Source: Cyclobacteriaceae bacterium (GTDB lineage Bacteria > Bacteroidota > Bacteroidia > Cytophagales > Cyclobacteriaceae). From it: a stretch of DNA of 64,000 bases. The stretch's first letter is position 1. Each line of letters opens with the position of its first letter. Of the stretch, positions 56,361 to 64,000 are shown in pieces. Under the pieces are notes generated by a model. That model ran no database searches and was not told where the DNA came from. It was given only the letters and a program-made list of their open reading frames with translations. The stretch covers positions 316,752 through 380,751 of the forward strand of contig DATHEL010000002.1 of NCBI GenBank assembly GCA_035318625.1. Reading direction: 5' to 3'. Made by a program: the position numbers and the translations under genes.

Positions 56361-58334
56361 TCAGTTTGACGAAAATGAAGCCTGCCTTATGGTGGGCTTT
56401 ATTGTTTGCCCCGCAGACGGCAAGGTAAAGGCGATGATGGTTCCCGAGCCGGGCTCACTCTTTACATCGAGTGTGCCATTGTTCTTCTCGATAAACTCCT
56501 TACACAACAGCAGTCCCAGGCCAAGTCCCTTTTCGTTGTTGGTTCCCTTCTCAGACCACAGGATCTGTTTGACAAAAAGTTTGGACAGGTCGTTGTCGGC
56601 TATCCCGACGCCGGTGTCTTTCACAAATATCCTGACGGAATCCTCGAACACCGTTGCTCCGATCGTTACCCGGCCGCCGGTGAACGTGAACTTAAGCGCA
56701 TTGCTCACCAGGTTGCGGATCACGAGTCGCACCTGGTCTTTGTCGGCCCAGACATTTCCTTCTGCCGGTACGTCATTCATCAGGGTTACGCCCTTTACCC
56801 TGGCGATCTCTTCGTAGAGCTCAACCACTTCACCGGCCAGCGCCTGCATGTCGACTTTCAGCGGCGAGGTGTTGATACCATTGAGCTGCGACACAGACCA
56901 GTGGAGGATATTGTCCAGGTTGTTGTACACCACGTCGATCTTGTTCCGGAGGTCTTTGCTGTAGTGTTCGAATTCCTTTTGGGTCATACGGTTGGTACCG
57001 ATCAGCTCCAGCAAACCTCTAAGGCTGTGCAAGGGACTTCTGAAATCGTGCCCGATGATGGAGAACAGCTTATCCTTGGTGCTATTGAGCAGTTCGAGCT
57101 CGTTGCTTTTCTCCTCGATCTCGAGGTTCTTATTGGCGAGCTCTTCTTTTTGTTGTTCTAATTCGCGGTTGGTCCGTTTCACTTTTTGAAAGCTATAGAG
57201 CATTACTGTTACCAGCAATAAGACACAGCTTGCGCCGACAATCGTAGCGTACAACTGTGCGCGCTGGCTGAGTATCTCTTTTTGTTTCAGGTCGGTGTCT
57301 TTCGTGAGCAGCTCGATCTGTGCCTGTTTCATGTTCAGGTCGAATTCATTCTGCAACAGTGCGATCTGCTTGCTGTTCTGCGTGGTGTAAATGGAATCAT
57401 GCAATGAAGTGTACATGTTCAGGTAATTGTAAGCCTTATCCTCCTGGCCCTGGTTGTGAAATATATCGGAAAGGACTTTATAGGTTCGTTCGAGCTCCTC
57501 ATAGTATCCCATTTTCCGTGCATCGTCGGCGTTGCGCAGAAGTACATTGATCGCTTCATCATTGCGGCCGAGTGTAACGTAGAGTTTGGCGATGCGGTGG
57601 TAGGTAGCTGCCTTCATCGAGTTGTTCCGGCTGGCTTCCGAGAGCGCGATCCCACGCTCGTACATTTTCAGAGCCTGGTTGAACTCGTTGCGTTTCACCA
57701 TTACGTCGCCGCGGGTACGAAGCGCAAATGCTACGAGGTAATTATCCTTTATTTTTTCGCTGTATCTCACAGCCTCGCTGCTGTAGTGATCGGCAGAATC
57801 CAGGCTGAGAGTAGACGTAAAATAGCAATAAGCCAAATTGTTCAGTGAACGTCCGATAACCTTGCCGTCATTCGATGCGTAGGCAAGGACCAGGGCCTGT
57901 TTGAATTCACCGATGGCTTTATTGTACTGCTTTTGTTCGAATGACACTGCCGCGATGTTGTTCATACTCCGCGCCATCTCGGTCTTGTAACCGATCTGCT
58001 CGCTGATCTTCATCGCCTCAATCGAATAATGAAGTGTATTGACGAAGTCCGTCCTGCGATAACACACCCAGCCCAGATTACCGAGTGCTTCGGCTTTGCC
58101 CTTGAGGTAATTGATCTTCTCGGCTATTTCGAGAGCATCCTCGGCGTATCTGCCCGCGGCTTCATGATCGGACTCCCGGATGGACATAGCCATCCTGTTC
58201 AGCAGGTTTACCTGGGTGGTATCCTCCACCGGGGCAATCATAACCTCCGAAAAATGAGGGTGGGCAAAAGCAGTTCCCAGTGTAAGAAGGAATGCTGTTA
58301 CCATCGGTAAAAGGGCGGTCCGGTGAAACGGCAT
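56361..58334 (-). CDS. TPR-repeat sensor histidine kinase
   Basis: Signal peptide, multiple TPRs, one TM segment, SIIGHDFRSPL, RNLVSNALKF, DTGVGI, GLGLGL. Confidence 0.93.
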   Translation of the reverse strand: MPFHRTALLPMVTAFLLTLGTAFAHPHFSEVMIAPVEDTTQVNLLNRMAMSIRESDHEAAGRYAEDALEIAEKINYLKGKAEALGNLGWVCYRRTDFVNTLHYSIEAMKISEQIGYKTEMARSMNNIAAVSFEQKQYNKAIGEFKQALVLAYASNDGKVIGRSLNNLAYCYFTSTLSLDSADHYSSEAVRYSEKIKDNYLVAFALRTRGDVMVKRNEFNQALKMYERGIALSEASRNNSMKAATYHRIAKLYVTLGRNDEAINVLLRNADDARKMGYYEELERTYKVLSDIFHNQGQEDKAYNYLNMYTSLHDSIYTTQNSKQIALLQNEFDLNMKQAQIELLTKDTDLKQKEILSQRAQLYATIVGASCVLLLVTVMLYSFQKVKRTNRELEQQKEELANKNLEIEEKSNELELLNSTKDKLFSIIGHDFRSPLHSLRGLLELIGTNRMTQKEFEHYSKDLRNKIDVVYNNLDNILHWSVSQLNGINTSPLKVDMQALAGEVVELYEEIARVKGVTLMNDVPAEGNVWADKDQVRLVIRNLVSNALKFTFTGGRVTIGATVFEDSVRIFVKDTGVGIADNDLSKLFVKQILWSEKGTNNEKGLGLGLLLCKEFIEKNNGTLDVKSEPGSGTIIAFTLPSAGQTIKPTIRQASFSSN

Positions 58335-58520
58335 GATCCGAAAAAAATCTATCCAGTCTATTGAGCATTAAAATTATCCATGACCGATGCAATGAATTCG
58401 GCTTTTTTAGAGGAAACCTTACTCAACAGAGAAAGCAACAGTGAAGGGCTAAAACAGGCCGATTACGCGGCAGGATAACGGATTTTGACGATGACAGGTA
58501 GTTTACGTGACGTAGCTTTT

Positions 58521-58877
58521 CTACCGAACCCGGGCTTTGTAACCCTCTTTTTGAAGTATCTCCGCAACCTTGGCGCGAACGTCGCCTTGTATGACGATCT
58601 CGCCATCCTTAGCAGAACCTCCTGTGCCACAGCGTGTTTTGAGCAATTTCGCAAGGGTTTCCAGGTCGGCGACCGTGCCGACGAATCCGGTGATCAGGGT
58701 GACGGTTTTGCCAGCCCGGCCGCTTTTATCGAGCTCCACCCGCAACTGTTGCTGTTGCGGTGGCAGCGTGCTCTGTTCGTCACCCGGCTGGTATTGATAT
58801 TCAAACTTATTATCGGTGGAATAAACCACTCCATCCCTCTTCTTCCAGTCGTTGTTCTTCTTTTCAACCGATTTCAT
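58521..58877 (-). CDS. Translation initiation factor SUI1 family protein (YciH-like)
   Basis: [26 protein letters not shown]. Confidence 0.93.
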   Translation of the reverse strand: MKSVEKKNNDWKKRDGVVYSTDNKFEYQYQPGDEQSTLPPQQQQLRVELDKSGRAGKTVTLITGFVGTVADLETLAKLLKTRCGTGGSAKDGEIVIQGDVRAKVAEILQKEGYKARVR

Positions 58878-59647
58878 AATGTGGACGAATAAAGTAATGC
58901 GATGTTAAGTATCATCAACAGAAAAACCACAATTCCGAGATTAACGTGAAACTCAACCCCCTTCTTCACAACGATACCGATTACACAACTCAAAAATAAC
59001 AATATTGGTGCGAAGCTGAAGTTGCGGTAAATGCTGCCCAGATTGTTTACAATATATGTTCCATCGTAGTTCTCGATCCGTATCATGGCCCGTAGAAAAC
59101 TTGAATAATACACATGGACCTTACTTCCCAGCGGAAAGTGTTTCATCTCGGCTGCGCTCACATCGAAGCCGTGACCTGCACTTGTAACAAGTAATTTTTG
59201 CGGCTGATGAAACGTGATCAATGGCAGCTTGGACATGTCCGTGAGCACGGCACTTTCTATGTGATTGGCCGGCATCAGGTAGTCTACAACCAGCACACTA
59301 CACCACAGGCATCCGAAATAAAACAATAGGCGGGAATAGCGAAGCAAGCTGAGCTGCAACATCGCCCGCTCCGACGGACGTCTCGGGTACGGGGCGGTAT
59401 TCTGCTGCTGCCTGGTGTTCTGGTATTCGTAGAAAGCGGGATTCGCTAGCTTTTGATCGTAGTCGAGACGGTTTGCGGCGTCACCCAACACTTCGTAAGC
59501 TTCGTTGATCTCTTTGAAGATCGCCTCTGCCTCGTAAGCTGGATTTTTGTCCGGATGATATTGATTAGCAAGTTTCCTGAAGGCCTTCTTTATCTCGGCA
59601 TCTGTGGCCTTACGGCCGACCTTCATGATCTCGTAATAATCCTTCAC
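58874..59647 (-). CDS. Membrane-associated J-domain (DnaJ-like) protein
   Basis: [19 protein letters not shown], plus C-terminal TM segments. GTG start. Confidence 0.88.
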   Translation of the reverse strand: MKDYYEIMKVGRKATDAEIKKAFRKLANQYHPDKNPAYEAEAIFKEINEAYEVLGDAANRLDYDQKLANPAFYEYQNTRQQQNTAPYPRRPSERAMLQLSLLRYSRLLFYFGCLWCSVLVVDYLMPANHIESAVLTDMSKLPLITFHQPQKLLVTSAGHGFDVSAAEMKHFPLGSKVHVYYSSFLRAMIRIENYDGTYIVNNLGSIYRNFSFAPILLFLSCVIGIVVKKGVEFHVNLGIVVFLLMILNIALLYSSTL

Positions 59648-59673
59648 ACTGAAGTGTATTTTTTTCCTTAGCC

Positions 59674-60444
59674 TTAGCCTTCGCCTCCGCCCACCTCAAC
59701 CTTGTACGAGCTCATCATTGCTGACAAATACTCGCGGTTCATGCGGGCGATGTTCGACACCTTGATGCCCTTGGGACATTCCGCTTCGCAGGCATACGTG
59801 TTGGTACACGAACCAAACCCTTCGGCGTCCATCTGTGCCACCATACGCTCGGCCCTCTCCTTCCGTTCGGTCTGACCCTGGGGAAGTAAAGCCAGCTGCG
59901 AGATCTTCGCGCTCACGAACAAACTCGCGGATGAGTTCTTACAGGCCGCCACACAAGCGCCACACCCAATGCACGTTGCAGCGTCGAAAGCCTCGTCCGC
60001 AACTTTCTTCGGGACCGGGATCTCGTTCGCGTCGGGTACCCCGCCCGTGTTCACTGAAACGTAACCGCCCGCCTGTTGGATGCGGTCAAATGCAGTACGA
60101 TCGACAATTAGGTCTTTAATCACTGGAAACGCCTTTGCGCGCCATGGTTCAATCGTGATGGATTGGCCATCCTTGAAAGAACGCATGTGAAGCTGGCAGG
60201 TCGTGGTCTGCAACGGTCCGTGGGGACGGCCATTGATATAAAGGCTGCACATACCGCAGATGCCCTCACGACAATCGTGATCGAACGCTACGGGCTCTTC
60301 ACCCTTCACAATGAGGTCGTGATTCAGAACATCGAGCATTTCGAGGAAAGACATGTCAGAAGAGACATGATCCAACTGATACTTTTTGAATGCTCCTTTC
60401 GACTTCGAATCTTTTTGGCGCCAGACTTTAACAAATATTTTCAT
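59674..60444 (-). CDS. sdhB: Succinate dehydrogenase/fumarate reductase iron-sulfur subunit
   Basis: [28 protein letters not shown]. Confidence 0.97.
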   Translation of the reverse strand: MKIFVKVWRQKDSKSKGAFKKYQLDHVSSDMSFLEMLDVLNHDLIVKGEEPVAFDHDCREGICGMCSLYINGRPHGPLQTTTCQLHMRSFKDGQSITIEPWRAKAFPVIKDLIVDRTAFDRIQQAGGYVSVNTGGVPDANEIPVPKKVADEAFDAATCIGCGACVAACKNSSASLFVSAKISQLALLPQGQTERKERAERMVAQMDAEGFGSCTNTYACEAECPKGIKVSNIARMNREYLSAMMSSYKVEVGGGEG

Positions 60445-60446
60445 AC

Positions 60447-62372
60447 TTATTTATAACTACGTTGAGTCAACTTAACATTTTCGAACTTCAAATCTTCCTT
60501 ATGCAGCTCTTCTTGTTTGTTCTCCCCTGTGTACTGCCACGCTGCCGCGAACGCAAACTCGTTGTCTTTGCGAAGCGCTTCGCCGTCGGGTGTCTGTGAC
60601 TCTTCGCGGAAGTGGCCCCCGCACGACTCGCTGCGCATCAGTGCATCGTCGACCATCAGCTCGCCAAGCTCCATGAAGTCGGCGACACGCATGGCCTTCT
60701 CCAATTCCTGGTTCAACTCCGATGCTCCTCCGAGGATATTTACATTCGTCCAAAACTCGTTTCGGAGCTCCTGTATCTTTTTCTTCGCCGTGACGAGTCC
60801 TTTTTCGTTGCGCGACATGCCGCAGTATTCCCACATCGTAAGTCCAAGCTCACGGTGCAGCTGGTCGACGGTCTTCTTGCCCTTTATCGACAGCAGTTTG
60901 CTGATGCGGCTATTGACGTTCTCGATCGCTTCTTTGAACTCGGGTCTGTCGGTGCTCATCTTTTCGTTCGGCATAGCAGCCAGGTAATCTCCGACTGTAT
61001 ACGGGATCACGAAGTAACCATCGGCGAGACCTTGCATGAGCGCGCTGGCCCCGAGCCGGTTGGCGCCGTGGTCGGAGAAATTACACTCTCCCAGTGCGTA
61101 AAGACCTGGTATGGTCGTCATCAGGTTGTAGTCAACCCAAAGGCCGCCCATGGTGTAGTGCACGGCGGGATAGATCATCATCGGCATGGCGTAAGGATCG
61201 TCGCCGGTGATCTGCTTATACATGTCGAACAGGTTACCGTATTTGGCCTCGACAGTCTTCTGGCCATCGCGTTTGATGACATCGGCAAAGTCGAGGAACA
61301 CGGCGAGGCCGGTCTTGCCCACACCGCGGCCTTCGTCGCACATGTACTTAGCGTTACGGGAAGCCACATCGCGGGGAACCAGGTTACCGAATGAGGGGTA
61401 TTTCCTTTCGAGGAAGTAGTCGCGTTCCGATTCCGGAAGGTTCACCGCTTCTTTTGCCGTTAGGCCGGGCCTGGCTGTCTTCGGTACCCAAACACGTCCG
61501 TCGTTACGGAGCGACTCCGACATCAGCGTGAGCTTCGACTGGTGCTCGCCGGACACGGGAATACATGTGGGATGTATCTGCGTGAAGCTCGGGTTGCCAA
61601 ACAAGGCGCCCCTTTTATGGGCGCGCCAGGGTGCTGTTACGTTCGAACCTTTTGCGTTGGTGGACAGGAAGAACACGTTGCCGTATCCCCCGGTACACAA
61701 CAATACTGCGTGACCGCTGTGTGACTCGATCTTACCGGTGATGAGATCACGGGTGATGATCCCGCGCGCCTTGCCGTCGACCATGACGAGGTCGAGCATT
61801 TCGGTACGGTTGTACATCTTCACTTTGCCGTTAGCGATCTGACGATTGAGAGCGCTGTACGCGCCGAGCAGTAGTTGCTGACCGGTTTGTCCTCGCGCAT
61901 AGAACGTACGTGAGACCTGCGAGCCACCGAATGAACGGTTCGCAAGCAACCCACCATATTCGCGGGCGAAGGGAACGCCTTGCGCGACGCACTGGTCGAT
62001 GATGTTCACGCTGACTTCGGCGAGTCTGTAAACATTGCCTTCTCGCGCACGGTAGTCGCCGCCTTTAATTGTATCGTAAAAAAGGCGAAAAACACTGTCG
62101 CCGTCGTTCTGATAATTCTTTGCTGCGTTGATGCCACCCTGTGCTGCAATACTGTGCGCACGACGCGGGCTGTCCTGGAAGCAGAATGCTTTTACGTTGT
62201 AACCCAACTCTGCGAGAGACGCGGCGGCGGATGCGCCGGCCAGGCCGGTACCCACGACGATGACCTCGTATTTTCTTTTGTTTGCCGGGTTGACCAGCTT
62301 AAGATTGAATTTGTGTTTGGTCCATTTCTCGGCGAGAGGTCCTTCCGGGATTTTCGATTCAAGCTTTATCAT
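60447..62372 (-). CDS. sdhA: Succinate dehydrogenase/fumarate reductase flavoprotein subunit
   Basis: [39 protein letters not shown]. Confidence 0.98.
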   Translation of the reverse strand: MIKLESKIPEGPLAEKWTKHKFNLKLVNPANKRKYEVIVVGTGLAGASAAASLAELGYNVKAFCFQDSPRRAHSIAAQGGINAAKNYQNDGDSVFRLFYDTIKGGDYRAREGNVYRLAEVSVNIIDQCVAQGVPFAREYGGLLANRSFGGSQVSRTFYARGQTGQQLLLGAYSALNRQIANGKVKMYNRTEMLDLVMVDGKARGIITRDLITGKIESHSGHAVLLCTGGYGNVFFLSTNAKGSNVTAPWRAHKRGALFGNPSFTQIHPTCIPVSGEHQSKLTLMSESLRNDGRVWVPKTARPGLTAKEAVNLPESERDYFLERKYPSFGNLVPRDVASRNAKYMCDEGRGVGKTGLAVFLDFADVIKRDGQKTVEAKYGNLFDMYKQITGDDPYAMPMMIYPAVHYTMGGLWVDYNLMTTIPGLYALGECNFSDHGANRLGASALMQGLADGYFVIPYTVGDYLAAMPNEKMSTDRPEFKEAIENVNSRISKLLSIKGKKTVDQLHRELGLTMWEYCGMSRNEKGLVTAKKKIQELRNEFWTNVNILGGASELNQELEKAMRVADFMELGELMVDDALMRSESCGGHFREESQTPDGEALRKDNEFAFAAAWQYTGENKQEELHKEDLKFENVKLTQRSYK

Positions 62373-62387
62373 ACTCGTGCAGTGGTA

Positions 62388-63068
62388 TTAAAGGTGGAAG
62401 TACATGGCGATGGGTATCCAAGCGAAGAGTGCAGGCACAACTACCGCGAATGCCTTTCCAACAAAATTTATAAGTGGTGTATACTTCTGATGCCGTAGCC
62501 CCAGTGTTTGAAAGGCGCTCGCGAAACCGTGCCACAGGTGGAAAGCCAACGCGCCCATACAGACAACATAGAGTGCCACATACCAACCCTTTTGGAACCA
62601 GTAAGCGACCTGGAAATACAAGTCTGCGTATTCCCCCTCATCGTACGCCCGCATGTTCAGACTTCCGAATTTCGACTCACCCCAGAAATCTTTCAGATGT
62701 ATCACAAGAAATATCAGGACGAGTGTACCGAGGATACCCATGTTTCTCGATGACCAGATCGACGACTTTCCGGTGGATACCGCATAACCTTCGGGGCCAC
62801 GTGCACGGCGGTTACGAACCGTAAGAATCAGAGAAACGACGACGTGAAGGATGATGAACGTGAAGTTGCCCTTGGCGATGAGTTGGATCAGGGCGTTGTG
62901 CCCCATGAACTCCGCGTACCTGTTGAACGCTTCGCCGTTGTCTGCTTTCAGCAGCTGCAGGTTGCCAATCAGGTGAACGACAAGGAATAAGATGAGAAAG
63001 ATTCCTGTTAGACTCATCAGGAGTTTTCTTCCCAACGTGCTGGCGAAGAGATCAATTATCCACTTCAT
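62388..63068 (-). CDS. sdhC: Succinate dehydrogenase cytochrome b subunit
   Basis: TM helices with heme-ligand histidines (VVHL, ILHV, VIHL, FHLWHG); upstream of sdhAB. Confidence 0.95.
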   Translation of the reverse strand: MKWIIDLFASTLGRKLLMSLTGIFLILFLVVHLIGNLQLLKADNGEAFNRYAEFMGHNALIQLIAKGNFTFIILHVVVSLILTVRNRRARGPEGYAVSTGKSSIWSSRNMGILGTLVLIFLVIHLKDFWGESKFGSLNMRAYDEGEYADLYFQVAYWFQKGWYVALYVVCMGALAFHLWHGFASAFQTLGLRHQKYTPLINFVGKAFAVVVPALFAWIPIAMYFHL

Positions 63069-63194
63069 AGTAAGTTAAGGGCGGTTGGATCGAGGTAAAA
63101 ATACATCGCAAACCGTTGTGACCAAAATGGAATCTCACTTTCACGGTGTGCATTATTACAGCCGCGCCGACTATCATAACAACTAAAATGCTCT

Positions 63195-63302
63195 CTAAAA
63201 AATTTCAAATAACATGATGATCACAGTAATAGTGAGCACCATCGCAAATAAGTACCATTCTTTCCGGAAATAATTCAAAACAGAATTGATGATCTTTTTC
63301 AT
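63195..63302 (-). CDS. Small membrane protein, 35 aa (absent from the ORF track)
   Basis: ATG at 63302 to TAG at 63195 reads MKKIINSVLNYFRKEWYLFAMVLTITVIIMLFEIF: a basic amphipathic N-terminus plus one TM segment. Confidence 0.6.
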   Translation of the reverse strand: MKKIINSVLNYFRKEWYLFAMVLTITVIIMLFEIF

Positions 63303-63453
63303 AGTTGTAGACCCTCGTCAAGGATCAAACACGGCACCCATTCTCATAAATATCTGACGGACACATCATTGTATTTTGGAACCCGAGCTTTTCACTTCCG
63401 TCACCGAGAGATAATTCCCATATTGGGAAAGAACTATTTGCTGTATTTGCATG

Positions 63454-63461
63454 TATTTTTG
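63454..63461 (+). promoter_or_regulatory. Possible -7 promoter box for the exonuclease/dnaE gene
   Basis: TATTTTTG, 20 nt upstream of the ATG at 63482. Confidence 0.45.
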
Positions 63462-63481
63462 TCGGTAACAACCACTTTTAG

Positions 63482-64000
63482 ATGTACTTGATCTTCGATA
63501 CGGAAACCACCGGGGTTCCGCACAATAAGACTGCGCCTATCACAGACCTGGACAACTGGCCACGGCTCGTTCAGCTTGCCTGGCAGTTGCACGACACGAA
63601 GGGCAAACTCGTCTCCCACCACAGCTACATTATCAGACCGGACGGCTTCGACATTCCATTCAAGGCCGAACAGATACATGGCGTCTCCACCCGGAGAGCA
63701 ATGGAAGAAGGGTTCGAATTGAAATCCGTGTTCATCCATTTTCTGAAAGACCTTGAAAAGACAAAACAACTGGTCGGGCACAACATCGAGTTCGACATCA
63801 ACATCATTGGCGCCGAGTTCATCCGCCAGGCAATCAATACCGAAGACTTCCTGAAACTGGCCAAGGTCGACACCGGTCTTGCCTCGATCGACTTCTGCCA
63901 GCTGCAGGGTGGATTGGGAGGCAGGCTTAAGATGCCACGACTGACGGAGCTTCACCAAAAACTATTCGGCAGTCCGTTCCAGGATGCCCACGATGCAGCA
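63482..64000 (+). CDS. DEDDh 3'-5' exonuclease domain, probably the N-terminus of a Bacteroidota DNA polymerase III alpha; truncated by the window edge
   Basis: MYLIFDTETTG (ExoI), VGHNIEFD (ExoII), AHDA (ExoIII); the frame is open to the end of the window. Confidence 0.85.
   Translation, partial: MYLIFDTETTGVPHNKTAPITDLDNWPRLVQLAWQLHDTKGKLVSHHSYIIRPDGFDIPFKAEQIHGVSTRRAMEEGFELKSVFIHFLKDLEKTKQLVGHNIEFDINIIGAEFIRQAINTEDFLKLAKVDTGLASIDFCQLQGGLGGRLKMPRLTELHQKLFGSPFQDAHDAA

Noticed and set aside
58380-58478. 32-aa plus-strand ORF (MTDAMNSAF...)
   Set aside because: It has no distinctive features and sits in the upstream region of the TPR kinase; treated as chance.
60612-61394. 260-aa plus-strand ORF
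   Set aside because: It is antisense to sdhA; a shadow ORF.
63434-63958. 174-aa minus-strand ORF in the track
   Set aside because: The real gene is the plus-strand exonuclease frame starting at 63482, which has clear DEDDh motifs.

Overview
A gene-dense 64 kb chromosomal window from a Bacteroidota, most likely Cytophagales. This assignment rests on TAnnTTTG promoter boxes, many signal peptides followed by Gln, an SdhCAB-type operon and a Bacteroidota-style arg cluster. Contents in order: an arginine/proline biosynthesis operon (partial GNAT, argG, argC, proC, argD, argF', argB, argE, argH) whose transcarbamylase carries the succinyl-pathway residue; an M48 protease; an ArsR/SRPBCC pair with twin operators; tRNA-Gly(CCC); a signalling locus (membrane-anchored thioredoxin-fold protein, membrane sensor ending in an H-box with no ATPase domain, NarX/PilJ-like PAS hybrid kinase); a GH140-like hydrolase, DUF3052-like protein and sugar porter; two LPP20-like lipoproteins; an Ig-like lipoprotein, ECF sigma factor and anti-sigma/beta-barrel operon; ahcY; secreted hydrolases; a cobalamin riboswitch with btuB and a btuG-like gene; a DUF3299/FtsX/ABC metal-type module; rsfS-ftsH-lpxH; an NtrC-like two-component system; a solitary ACP; a YopX-like gene; sdhCAB; a 35-aa small ORF missed by the ORF track; and the 5' end of a DEDDh exonuclease, probably a DnaE fusion. 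I saw no CRISPR array, integrase, transposase or intact prophage. The best leads are the thioredoxin plus H-box-only sensor module, the ECF operon with a predicted envelope-spanning anti-sigma, dispersed heptamer arrays that supply stop codons, a structured intergenic RNA candidate, and a probable CTG start for btuB. All family calls are from motif recognition only; no database searches were run.
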